Assembly: GCA_964639295.1 (NCBI GenBank)
Contig: CAZXDT010000003.1
Span: 65,304-129,303, forward strand
Source of the DNA: an uncultured Candidatus Saccharibacteria bacterium
GTDB taxonomy: Bacteria; Patescibacteriota; Saccharimonadia; Saccharimonadales; JALRHH01
Direction: 5' to 3'
DNA length: 64,000 nucleotides
Program-made: the position numbers and the translations under genes
Notes under the pieces: generated by a model
Database searches by the model: none
Told to the model about the DNA's origin: nothing
What the model saw: the letters and a program-made list of their open reading frames with translations, nothing else
Shown here: positions 46,183 to 55,393 of the stretch, piece after piece
Numbering within the stretch: the first letter of the stretch is position 1
Layout of the letters: the number at the start of each line of letters is the position of its first letter

Positions 46183-46879
46183 ATAATACGTCCTCCAGTG
46201 AACGGCCAGCGTGTTCTACGAGACCCATGACATTTCGGTAGCTCTGGCGAGTTGGACCCAAGACACCAATGTAGCTACGATCGCTATATGGGCTACGGAA
46301 TTTGCTAATAATGAGGGTACAGTTGGCAGCGCGGCCAATGGGGTTCTCTGCGCCAATGTAGACACTTAATGGTTCGTTAGGGGCTGCTTCTTTGAGCCAT
46401 GGTTCAAGGTTATCCAGCAATCGTGCAACCTGCTGAACATGTGCACCACCAACAAATTCAGGTTGGCCAAACAAGTTCGACAGACCACTCATATAGAGTT
46501 GATCACCGATTGTTGCCATCCCTAAGTTGTGCGTTAGCTCAACAAGCGTATCTACCGCATTACGTATGGTTCGCTCAGGCAAGCCACCGCCCTCTACGCG
46601 GGCTGCAAGTGCACGGTTACCTCGACGTTCCATAGATGTTTCTATTTCGTCACTTAGTCCATTAACGTAGTACCTATAACCTTTGTCTGTAGGGATACGT
46701 CCAGCGCTGGTGTGAGGCTGTTGAATGAACCCCAGCCGTTCAAGTTCTGCCATTTCTGCACGAATAGTAGCAGACGATACATTAAAGACTTTAGCCAGTA
46801 AGCTAGAGCCCACTGGACTCGCAACTTCGGCATATTGCTCTACTACAGCTCGTAAAATGAGTTTTTGACGCTCCGTCAT
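46175..46879 (-). CDS. hrcA: Heat-inducible transcription repressor HrcA, short form (234 aa)
   Basis: Winged-helix N-terminus (MTERQKLILRAVVEQY...VGS..L......SSATIR.EM.ELE..G...QPHTSAGRIPT.KGYRYYV). CIRCE sites in the neighbourhood. Confidence 0.88.
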   Translation of the reverse strand: MTERQKLILRAVVEQYAEVASPVGSSLLAKVFNVSSATIRAEMAELERLGFIQQPHTSAGRIPTDKGYRYYVNGLSDEIETSMERRGNRALAARVEGGGLPERTIRNAVDTLVELTHNLGMATIGDQLYMSGLSNLFGQPEFVGGAHVQQVARLLDNLEPWLKEAAPNEPLSVYIGAENPIGRAANCTLIISKFRSPYSDRSYIGVLGPTRQSYRNVMGLVEHAGRSLEDVLYA

Positions 46880-46899
46880 AATAGATCTATTCTATAACG

Positions 46900-46926
46900 T
46901 TGGCAGTCAAGTAGCAAGAGTGCTAG
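46900..46926. promoter_or_regulatory. CIRCE-like operator upstream of hrcA
   Basis: TTGGCAGTC-N9-GAGTGCTAG. It overlaps a candidate minus-strand promoter (TTGCTA-17 nt-TAGAAT). Confidence 0.7.
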
Positions 46927-46927
46927 C

Positions 46928-46956
46928 TTGAACAGCTAGGTTGTTTCCTTTATAAT
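46928..46956 (+). promoter_or_regulatory. Consensus sigma-70 promoter giving a probably leaderless mRNA for the kinase-like gene
   Basis: TTGAAC, 17 nt, then TATAAT. The -10 ends 6 nt before the ATG at 46963 and there is no SD. Confidence 0.6.
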
Positions 46957-46962
46957 TACCGA

Positions 46963-47604
46963 ATGAAAGAACTCGAGAGACAAAAAGAAATACAAATTAT
47001 CAAAGAATGGTTGGGGGCTGGCTCGATCAATATTTTTGGGCTACCCTTTGCCGGCAAAGACACTCATGGCGAAACACTAGCCGAGCAATTAGACGGTGTA
47101 GTGCTTGGCGGTGGTGAAGTTCTTAGAAACAGCGTTATACCTGATCACGTCCGCACAAAGATGGATGCCGGCGAGCTTGCACCTACCGATGATTATGTCC
47201 AGATCGTATTGCCCTACTTGTCTCGTGAGCAACTTGCTGGCAAACCTTTAATACTGAGTTCAGTAGGACGATGGCATGGCGAGGAAGAGGGTGTCATTGC
47301 CGCAGCCAAGGCCAGTGGCCACGAGCTCAAAGCTGTTATTTTGTTGCAAGTTAGCCAGGAAGTAGCACTGGAACGGTGGCAACACTCACAAGAACACCTC
47401 ACCCGTGGCGAGCGAGCTGATGACCAGCACCACAAACTCGATATGCGTTTTGCGGAGTTCCAGAATAAAACACAACCAGTTATTGAATACTACCGGGAGA
47501 TGGGCTTATTAATTGAGATCGACGGCACTCCAGATATTGCCCGCGTAACTCAAGACATTATTGACGCGCTTGTAGCATTTGCAGCAAGCCACACAGGAGT
47601 CTAA
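46963..47604 (+). CDS. Adenylate-kinase-like P-loop nucleoside(-phosphate) kinase family protein
   Basis: P-loop GLPFAGKDT and an overall adenylate-kinase-like length and layout. The substrate cannot be determined. Confidence 0.6.
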   Translation: MKELERQKEIQIIKEWLGAGSINIFGLPFAGKDTHGETLAEQLDGVVLGGGEVLRNSVIPDHVRTKMDAGELAPTDDYVQIVLPYLSREQLAGKPLILSSVGRWHGEEEGVIAAAKASGHELKAVILLQVSQEVALERWQHSQEHLTRGERADDQHHKLDMRFAEFQNKTQPVIEYYREMGLLIEIDGTPDIARVTQDIIDALVAFAASHTGV

Positions 47605-47906
47605 AAAGAAATGTCCCCGTGTTCTGGCGGTTTACGCCCGGCTTGTGCAAAAAATATCGCCTGAGTGTAAGCGGCATTTTCATAGTATGCAGCTTGCGCA
47701 AGGCGAACATCTGGCGTTGTACCAGGAACGAACCTCCCAATACCACCAAGAACTACTGCTTCCTCGGGGCAGCCTGGGTCTTCTATACTTAAATCTAAGC
47801 CATATGACTCGATAAGGTACTTTCGCGCATGAAGCGCTGAGAAGTCACCTACATGAATCACATTTGATGGCTCGAAATCGCTAAATCCCGTTGAATGCTC
47901 GCTCAT
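47601..47906 (-). CDS. Hypothetical protein (101 aa)
   Basis: An ORF convergent with, and overlapping by 4 nt, the kinase-like gene. No motif. Confidence 0.45.
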   Translation of the reverse strand: MSEHSTGFSDFEPSNVIHVGDFSALHARKYLIESYGLDLSIEDPGCPEEAVVLGGIGRFVPGTTPDVRLAQAAYYENAAYTQAIFFAQAGRKPPEHGDISF

Positions 47907-47927
47907 AATTCCAGTAATTGTATCAGA

Positions 47928-48185
47928 TTAGCTTAGCTTGCGAAGAGCCAAGCCGGTAACAGAAAGTGTACCGACACCCAGTATAAGTAATATCCAGGGG
48001 TGATTTACGAATAAATGCACTCGATCAATCATCTTCTCGAAGCCATAAAAAGTTGATACTAGCCCGAAGGTACCTATGAGCGCGAACGACATTGGGTAAC
48101 GTTCAGCTACACTTTCACGCTTCTGGCGGGCTTTCTCAATAATCTTATCGTCTAAATCTGTAAATGGAACAATGCTTTTTGTCAT
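47928..48185 (-). CDS. Hypothetical small membrane protein (2 TM helices)
   Basis: 85-aa ORF immediately downstream of lepA with two hydrophobic helices. Confidence 0.5.
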   Translation of the reverse strand: MTKSIVPFTDLDDKIIEKARQKRESVAERYPMSFALIGTFGLVSTFYGFEKMIDRVHLFVNHPWILLILGVGTLSVTGLALRKLS

Positions 48186-48193
48186 AATGATAG

Positions 48194-49975
48194 TTAATCA
48201 CGTTTGAGCATCACGGTGAAGGCTTCGGCTGGGATGTCTACTTTACCGAACTTTTTAAGGCGCTCTTTACCCTTCTTCTGTTTAGCCAACACTTTCTTTT
48301 TACGGGACACGTCGCCACCGTATAGGCCACTCGTTACATCTTTGCGGTAGGCGCTCACGTCTTCGCGGGCGATAAAGCGGCCACCAATAGCAGCCTGAAT
48401 TGATACCTGGAAGTTCTGGCGCGGAATAACTTCTTTGAGTTTCTTGGTTGTACTGCGACCCAGAGCCTGAGCCTCTGTTTTGTGCGTCATGATACTCAGC
48501 GCTGCAACCATGTCACCAGCAATATAGAAATCCACACGTACGAGGTCTTCTGCGCGATAATTGTCTAGTTCGTAGTTAAAGCTACCGTAGCCGCTGGTTA
48601 CACTCTTGAGTTGATCATAGAAATCGGTCAAAAGGTTTGCAAGCGGTGCATCAAATGCTACTACAGCCAGCTGTGCATCGACAAACGACAGGTTCTTCTG
48701 GATACCCCGTTTACTAATAATAAGCTGGATAACTGCGCCAACGTATTCTTTAGGAACAACGATTTCTCCCTTGATCCAAGGTTCACGGATCTCTTCAATC
48801 TTTGCCACGTCCGGCAAGTCAGCGGCAGAACGGATATCAATTTGCTCGCCTTTTGTCATCATAATCTGGTAATCGGTACTCGGGTTAGTCACGATAAGGT
48901 CTAGGTTATACTCACGCTCAAGTCGCTCACGGACGATATCCATGTGTAGTAACCCCAGGAAGCCAATACGAACACCAAAGCCAAGTACCGGTGAGTTCTC
49001 AGGCTCCCAAGCAAGTGCGGAATCACTAAGCGACAACTTCTCAATAGCGTCTTTTAGCTCGTTATACTGCTCGTTGCTCTCTGGGAAAAAGCCAGCATAC
49101 ACGAATGGCTGGACTTCTTTATAGCCAGGCAGAGACTCAGTTGAGGGGTTCTTTGCCAAAGTTACCGTATCACCCACTTTTGCCTCACGAGTACTCCGGA
49201 GGTTGGTTACAATATATCCAATTTCACCTGCATTGAGTGCGGGGAGTGATGACATTTCTGGTCGCAGTGCACCAACTTCAAGTGCGATGCCCTGACTGCC
49301 GGTTGCCACCATTTGGATCTGATCGCCCTTGCCGATTTTGCCATCAAAAGTACGAACATACAGGATTACGCCACGGTAATCATCGTAGTAACTATCAAAA
49401 ATAAGTGCTCGAGTTGCTTCGTTAGTACCACTCGTCGGGGCCGGGATATCAGACACAACTTTTTCTAGCACGGCATCGACACCCATCCCAGTTTTGGCAG
49501 AAATGTGAAGGATGTCTTCTTTTTTGCAGCCCAACAGATTAATGACCTCTGCGCTTACTCGTTCTACATCAGCTGCAGGCAGGTCAATCTTGTTAAGTAC
49601 AGGGATAATGGTGAGATTAGCATCCATTGCAAGGTACACATTGGCCAGTGTCTGGGCTTGAATACCCTGACTAGCATCAACCACTAGCAAGGCCCCTTCG
49701 CAGGCCTCAAGGCTCCGAGAGACCTCATAGCTAAAGTCTACGTGCCCAGGAGTATCTATAAGGTTCAGTTCGTATTCTTTGTACTTCATGCGAACAGGGG
49801 CGAGTTTGATGGTAATACCCTTTTCACGCTCTAGATCCATCCTGTCCAACATCTGAGCTTTCATGTCACGCTTCTGAACGGTTCCGGTCATCTCTAATAG
49901 TCGGTCAGCCAAAGTAGACTTACCGTGATCGATATGCGCAATAATACAGAAGTTTCTAATATTTCCCTGATTCAT
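48194..49975 (-). CDS. lepA: Translation elongation factor 4 (LepA)
   Basis: GTPase motifs AHIDHGKST, DTPGH and NKID, plus the LepA-specific C-terminal domain. Confidence 0.97.
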   Translation of the reverse strand: MNQGNIRNFCIIAHIDHGKSTLADRLLEMTGTVQKRDMKAQMLDRMDLEREKGITIKLAPVRMKYKEYELNLIDTPGHVDFSYEVSRSLEACEGALLVVDASQGIQAQTLANVYLAMDANLTIIPVLNKIDLPAADVERVSAEVINLLGCKKEDILHISAKTGMGVDAVLEKVVSDIPAPTSGTNEATRALIFDSYYDDYRGVILYVRTFDGKIGKGDQIQMVATGSQGIALEVGALRPEMSSLPALNAGEIGYIVTNLRSTREAKVGDTVTLAKNPSTESLPGYKEVQPFVYAGFFPESNEQYNELKDAIEKLSLSDSALAWEPENSPVLGFGVRIGFLGLLHMDIVRERLEREYNLDLIVTNPSTDYQIMMTKGEQIDIRSAADLPDVAKIEEIREPWIKGEIVVPKEYVGAVIQLIISKRGIQKNLSFVDAQLAVVAFDAPLANLLTDFYDQLKSVTSGYGSFNYELDNYRAEDLVRVDFYIAGDMVAALSIMTHKTEAQALGRSTTKKLKEVIPRQNFQVSIQAAIGGRFIAREDVSAYRKDVTSGLYGGDVSRKKKVLAKQKKGKERLKKFGKVDIPAEAFTVMLKRD

Positions 49976-50081
49976 CAGGGGTCAATTATAACAGAGATGG
50001 AGGGAAAAGAGCAGCCCGACAAAAAGTCACGCCTTTTTGCCGGCGCGTTGAGAAAAACCGTAGGTTTGTCTCAAGATAAAA

Positions 50082-51719
50082 CTACTGGAACAAACGGATA
50101 GGCTTCAAGACGAATTGCTTAGCCCTTGCGATCACCGGTTTGGCCTCACTAAGATCAAAGATAAGTGAGATTCCAACATGCACACTGAAGGTTACGAGGG
50201 CGATTGCGCCAAGCTTGGAGCCTAGTGTCAAAATACCACGGTCACCAACATTAAGCGGTAGGAGTGAGATCATGATAAAGGCTGCCGTCACGCTAAACCC
50301 AGTCACTGACAGAATACGCAATATGCCGTGCCAGAACTCTGCATTAAAGAGCTTGTGATCACGAACCAACATAATTACGGTCAAGATCAGTACTTCTACA
50401 GCTGCAACAATTGACTGCGCCATAGCAAGACCTGCAATGCCGTACGCATCTGGCTGAGAAAGTGTGTATGCAAGATAGATGTTAAGGGCAATTACAAATA
50501 ACGAGACAAACAGTGGGGTCTTAGTATCTTTCTGTGCATAGAACCAACGCGACATAATGGAATAGATCGTTCGGAAGAATATGGCACCGACTAGGTAGCC
50601 AAACACAAGTGAAATCTGGGAAATTCCCTGGGCAAAAATCATACGAGACAAATAGCCTCGTGCAAAATAACTCACAACAATAATCGGCATCATGATCCAG
50701 ATCATGGCACGGAGGATCATCAAGAAATCTTTCCTGAATAAATCGGTTCTGCCAGATGAAAGACGCTCTGTTAGGCGTGGAAATGCTGCAGTAGATATGG
50801 TGGTACCGACAAGTTGTATAGGCACTGTATGTAGTGTGTAGGCGTTCTCATAGTAGGTGATGCTTCCTGTCGGGAGACGACTTGCAAAACCGGTCTCGGC
50901 AATACTGTTAATACTATCAATTCCTTGGTCGATTGAACGAGCTGGTAGGCGTTTAAGTACCAGTCTGAAGTCCCTAGTCTTAAGAATCTTTGGTTTCCAG
51001 TTGAATTCGGTGCCATACATTCCAAACATCACCACAAGTAATTGCAGTATCGCACCTATTGCTGCGCCAATTCCCAGCCCAACCAGGCCAAGTCCGCCTG
51101 GACCACCATTATTTGAATCGACTGTACTGAATATAAGGGCTGAGATAATGATCGCACCGTTATAGAAGAATGGTGCGATAGCAAAGAAGAAAAACCGTCC
51201 AACCGTCTGTTGAATAGCAGTCAAAATACCCGACAACGTAAATAGCAACGGATTAAAGGCAATGAGTCGCATAATAGTCGCCGCTGTATCAACCTGCTCC
51301 TGTGACTTCAGTCCAGGTGCCACTAAGTGGACCAGTGGTTCGGCAAAAATAAGGATAATAAAGCCAATTATCGCCATAAATATAGCAAGTAGGTTGAGGA
51401 GGCTAACCGCTAATTCCCAAGCACCCTTGCGGTCATGTTTCTGCAAATGGTCAGACAAGATAGGGATAAAAGCTACACCCAATGCGCCAGCAGCAATCGT
51501 GTAGAAGAAAAAATCCGGTAGTTTAAAGGCCGCAAAGAAGGCGTCTGTACTCTGTGGGCCAAACTCATCAAAGTTAGCGTTAATTAGCTTGAGGCGCAAA
51601 AATCCGAGTGCCTGACCAAAAAGTGCGGCAGCAACTAACAGACTAGCAGCGCCGCCTAGTGAGATGCGCTTATTCGCACGGCGGAGTAATTTTGTTCGCG
51701 GACTAACCATTCTTACCAA
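50082..51719 (-). CDS. murJ: Lipid II flippase MurJ (MviN family)
   Basis: About 14 TM helices with a MOP-superfamily pattern and a typical N-terminal region (...FGQALGFLRLKLINANFD...). Confidence 0.85.
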   Translation of the reverse strand: MVRMVSPRTKLLRRANKRISLGGAASLLVAAALFGQALGFLRLKLINANFDEFGPQSTDAFFAAFKLPDFFFYTIAAGALGVAFIPILSDHLQKHDRKGAWELAVSLLNLLAIFMAIIGFIILIFAEPLVHLVAPGLKSQEQVDTAATIMRLIAFNPLLFTLSGILTAIQQTVGRFFFFAIAPFFYNGAIIISALIFSTVDSNNGGPGGLGLVGLGIGAAIGAILQLLVVMFGMYGTEFNWKPKILKTRDFRLVLKRLPARSIDQGIDSINSIAETGFASRLPTGSITYYENAYTLHTVPIQLVGTTISTAAFPRLTERLSSGRTDLFRKDFLMILRAMIWIMMPIIVVSYFARGYLSRMIFAQGISQISLVFGYLVGAIFFRTIYSIMSRWFYAQKDTKTPLFVSLFVIALNIYLAYTLSQPDAYGIAGLAMAQSIVAAVEVLILTVIMLVRDHKLFNAEFWHGILRILSVTGFSVTAAFIMISLLPLNVGDRGILTLGSKLGAIALVTFSVHVGISLIFDLSEAKPVIARAKQFVLKPIRLFQ

Positions 51720-51763
51720 TTATAGGTGTTGTTGGGCAAATTTAGAATCAAGAAATGGATAAT

Positions 51764-53635
51764 TTAGTACAGAGAAGCGATTTTAGGCATGTGTGACCCT
51801 TTTAGGATCTCAATAACTTCGTCGGCTTCGACTGTTTCTTTATCAAGTAAGGCGTCTTTGAGCTCTTCGAGCTTGGCCTTGTTAGCCTTGATTACTTCAC
51901 GAGCACGGGTTGCGGCTTCTGTAATAAGCGCTTCGACTTCGTTATCAATCACCTTTGCAGTGTCATCAGAGTACTGCTTTTCGTGCATCATACGTTCCAT
52001 CATCATACCTTCTTCTATGTGGAAGACTTGATCACGCAATTTACTGCCCATTCCCTGGTTCACAACCATCTCTCGAGCCAACTCGGCTGCCTTCTGGAGG
52101 TCAGAGCCGGCACCAGTCGTAACACGGTCTTTGCCGTATATAACTTCTTCTGCAATACGACCACCAAGCATACGAGCAAGTACGTCTTTGTATTCGATAA
52201 TACTGTGGTAACTCTTGTCCTCTGGTGGAATAAACCAGGTAACGCCACCGGTTCCACCACGTGGGATGATAGTAACTTTGTGCACCATATCACTGTCAGG
52301 CAATACATGTCCGACGATAGCGTGACCGGCCTCATGGTAAGCGGTCAGCTCCTTTTCTTTGTCGTTCATTATCTTACTCTTACGCTCTGGACCAATAGCA
52401 ACCTTTTCAAAGGCAGAGGTTACGTCGGCTTGGGTGATTTCTTTACGGTTGTGACGAGCAGCAACGATAGCAGCCTCGTTAGCGATGTTGGCCAGGTCAG
52501 CGCCAGATGAACCGGCAGTCTTAGCAGCAAGCGCGTCAATATCAACGGTCTTAGCGACTGGCTTCTTAGCAAAGTGTACTTTGAGGATTGCCTCACGCTC
52601 TTTACGATCAGGCAGGCCTACACCGACACGTCGGTCGAAACGACCTGGACGGAGTAGTGCTGCGTCGAGTACATCTGCACGGTTAGTAGCAGCTACAACT
52701 ATCACGTTGGTACCCTGCTCAAAGCCATCCATTTCAACAAGAATTTGGTTGAGTGTCTGTTCACGTTCATCGTGGCCACCACCCATACCAGAACCACGCT
52801 TGCGACCTACAGCGTCAATTTCGTCGATAAAGATAATACATGGAGCATTCTTTTTTGCCTTAGCAAAGAGGTCGCGTACACGTGATGCACCAACACCCAC
52901 AAACATTTCCACAAACTCTGAACCAGAAATACTAAAGAATGGTACTTCCGCTTCGCCAGCAACTGCACGAGCGATCATAGTCTTACCCGTTCCTGGAGGA
53001 CCAACTAATAGGACACCTTTTGGAATCTTGGCGCCAACGGCTTCAAACTTCTTAGGGAACTTGAGGAACTCTACCACTTCTTCGAGGTCTTGTTTGGATT
53101 CTTCGTAGCCCGCAATGTCTTTAAAGGTAACTTTGTCTTTTTCGTTACCATAGAGACGAGCCTTGCTCTTACCGAAGCTCATTGCCTGGTTGCCCTGGCC
53201 CTGTGCGCTTCGCATCATGAACACCAATACAGCGACGATGATAATCACAGGCAATAGTGTGATCGCTAGACTGCTCCAGAACTGGCCTGAGCCAGATTCA
53301 TCCTTGGTATCAACAGTAACTTTGCTGTAATCAACACCCTCTTCCTTAAGGCTTACTTCTTTGCCTTTTTGAGATTTGAGTGTAGGGTCTTTGTCACCCT
53401 TCTTGGTAATTTCAATAGAATCACCCTTGAGTGTAATCTTCTCGTAATCACCGGCATTAGCCTGTTGAACTACAGTGCTGATAGGCACATCCTGAAGTTT
53501 GGTCTGGTTGCCAAATGAGGCAAAGACTATCAGGCCGAATAGTATGAGTAGTGCAACAAATCCAGCGTTTTTGGCGCCACGATTCTTAGGGCTAGTACCG
53601 CCAGTTTTGGGAACACGAAAAGGTTTTTTATCCAT
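51764..53635 (-). CDS. ftsH: ATP-dependent zinc metalloprotease FtsH
   Basis: Two TM helices, AAA+ module ([16 protein letters not shown]) and HEAGHA zinc site. Confidence 0.98.
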   Translation of the reverse strand: MDKKPFRVPKTGGTSPKNRGAKNAGFVALLILFGLIVFASFGNQTKLQDVPISTVVQQANAGDYEKITLKGDSIEITKKGDKDPTLKSQKGKEVSLKEEGVDYSKVTVDTKDESGSGQFWSSLAITLLPVIIIVAVLVFMMRSAQGQGNQAMSFGKSKARLYGNEKDKVTFKDIAGYEESKQDLEEVVEFLKFPKKFEAVGAKIPKGVLLVGPPGTGKTMIARAVAGEAEVPFFSISGSEFVEMFVGVGASRVRDLFAKAKKNAPCIIFIDEIDAVGRKRGSGMGGGHDEREQTLNQILVEMDGFEQGTNVIVVAATNRADVLDAALLRPGRFDRRVGVGLPDRKEREAILKVHFAKKPVAKTVDIDALAAKTAGSSGADLANIANEAAIVAARHNRKEITQADVTSAFEKVAIGPERKSKIMNDKEKELTAYHEAGHAIVGHVLPDSDMVHKVTIIPRGGTGGVTWFIPPEDKSYHSIIEYKDVLARMLGGRIAEEVIYGKDRVTTGAGSDLQKAAELAREMVVNQGMGSKLRDQVFHIEEGMMMERMMHEKQYSDDTAKVIDNEVEALITEAATRAREVIKANKAKLEELKDALLDKETVEADEVIEILKGSHMPKIASLY

Positions 53636-53669
53636 AGAAGGATATTATACAGATGAAATTGTTTGTGCG

Positions 53670-54557
53670 CTAGCGGTCTGGTGTCTGGAGTGCCAAATAC
53701 TTGGTGGTAATCTTTAACGAATGGCCCTGTAACACATCTGCCGACTTACCGGGACGAAGTGTTTTAGCGGCAACAACCAGCCGTTCGAGTGCTTTTGAAT
53801 CAAAGTTCCTGATGTCATGTTTGCGCAGCCAGGCAGCCATAACTTCCTTGCTAACAGCGTGTGGCAGACGCAAAAATGTTTCTCTATCCAACTTCCCCGC
53901 CTTAGTCTGCACATGTAGGTAGTTCATAAGCTGAGTGTCGAGTTCTTTATTTATATGTGCGGCTTTGCGAACAATGTACTGCAACTTGTTACGATCTTCT
54001 GTACCAAACTTGGTTAAAATTCTGTGACGAACATAGTTGCGGAGGTATTTTGTATCTTCGTTTGTTGAGTCTTCTCTCCAAGTAAGTCCTTGGTCGTTTG
54101 CATAGTCACGGAGTGCTCGTTTCTCCAGGTGTAACAATGGGCGGTGGACTGTGTGATTAGATTGCAGTGAGCTCAAGCCCTTACGGCCGGTCCCCCGCAA
54201 CAGATTAATAACGGCGGTTTCAAGTGCATCATCATGATGATGTGCAGTAATAATTGCCCGCGCCCCACTTGCCTCCCGGACGGCATGGAGGAATGTATAA
54301 CGAGCTTTGCGTGCGGTCTCTTCACTCGCTCCTGGTCCCAGCTTGGCTTCATGATACACAAACGGGAGCCCGTGACTTTGTGCAGTTCTTTGCACTAATT
54401 CTCTATCAAAGGCTGAGTCGGAGCGAATACCGTGGTCAAAGTGGGCTACGACAAGTTTTACATTAGGTTGCTGGCGCAAAAGGTCCAACAAAACCATGCT
54501 GTCGACCCCACCCGACACCGCCACAACATATGTTCCTGGCTGAACGCTGATATTCAT
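53670..54557 (-). CDS. tilS: tRNA(Ile)-lysidine synthase TilS
   Basis: PP-loop SGGVDS and a position downstream of ftsH. Confidence 0.88.
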   Translation of the reverse strand: MNISVQPGTYVVAVSGGVDSMVLLDLLRQQPNVKLVVAHFDHGIRSDSAFDRELVQRTAQSHGLPFVYHEAKLGPGASEETARKARYTFLHAVREASGARAIITAHHHDDALETAVINLLRGTGRKGLSSLQSNHTVHRPLLHLEKRALRDYANDQGLTWREDSTNEDTKYLRNYVRHRILTKFGTEDRNKLQYIVRKAAHINKELDTQLMNYLHVQTKAGKLDRETFLRLPHAVSKEVMAAWLRKHDIRNFDSKALERLVVAAKTLRPGKSADVLQGHSLKITTKYLALQTPDR

Positions 54558-54570
54558 TTATACTCATTAT

Positions 54571-55173
54571 ATGCAAAAGCCAACTATCGAGCGAATTATT
54601 GAGCTACAACACTTGCTCCTGAGATTCAGCCAGATTGATCGAGTAATACACCGCAAATCATCTTCAAATAAGGATTATGTTCTAGAAAACGATAGTGAAC
54701 ATAGTTACAACCTGGCAATGACCACATGGTTTCTAGCGGATTACTTTCCTGGGATTGATAAAGATCGTGCGATCCGTCTTGCGCTTGTTCACGACCTGGT
54801 TGAGATTCACGCTGGAGACACCTTCGTGTTTGCGGATGAAGCAGAACTCTCTTCAAAAAAAGCACGCGAAATGGAAGCATTGCAAAAACTCGAGCAAGAA
54901 TGGTCTGATTTTAAGGGTTTAGCTGAGCATATTACTGAATACGAAAATCTAGCATCAGCTGAAGCAAAGTTTGTGTATGCACTTGATAAGGTAATGCCCG
55001 AAGTCACAATCTATATAAATCAAGGCTTTACCTGGAAAGAAAAGTCCATAACGATAAAGATGCTGTACGACAAGAAAATAGCCAAAGTATCTGTCTCACC
55101 CGAGATCAAGTCATACTATTTGGGTCTTCATAAACTTCTCATGGATTCTCCGCACCTTATTCAGCTAAAATAG
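54571..55173 (+). CDS. HD-domain phosphohydrolase (YfbR-like 5'-nucleotidase type)
   Basis: ENDSEHS...LVHDLVEIHAGD motifs. TATACT ends 6 nt before the ATG. Confidence 0.7.
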   Translation: MQKPTIERIIELQHLLLRFSQIDRVIHRKSSSNKDYVLENDSEHSYNLAMTTWFLADYFPGIDKDRAIRLALVHDLVEIHAGDTFVFADEAELSSKKAREMEALQKLEQEWSDFKGLAEHITEYENLASAEAKFVYALDKVMPEVTIYINQGFTWKEKSITIKMLYDKKIAKVSVSPEIKSYYLGLHKLLMDSPHLIQLK

Positions 55174-55244
55174 CCCTCCATGTACTAGCCAACAGGGATA
55201 AAATCTGCTATATTACCCCAGTTATCAATTCAGAATTTCTTTGG

Positions 55245-55321
55245 GGCGGCGTAGCTCAGTTGGTTAGAGCGCAGGACTCATAAGCCTGAGGTCACAGGTT
55301 CGAACCCCGTCGCCGCTACCA
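55245..55321 (+). tRNA. tRNA with anticodon CAT (elongator Met by similarity; Ile2 not excluded)
   Basis: Acceptor GGCGGCG/CGCCGCT (G1-U72), anticodon loop CTCATAA, T-arm GGTCACAGGTTCGAACCCCGT closely resembling E. coli elongator tRNA-Met, encoded CCA. Confidence 0.8.
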
Positions 55322-55348
55322 AACAAGTTCTGAATTGCATATATGTGA

Positions 55349-55386
55349 AATTAATGGCTGAGTAGCCATTAATTTTGTGTTTTTAT
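55349..55386 (+). terminator. Rho-independent terminator after the tRNA (CAT)
   Basis: The aattaatggct/agccattaatt hairpin is followed by a T-rich tract. Confidence 0.65.
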
Positions 55387-55393
55387 ACTGTCT

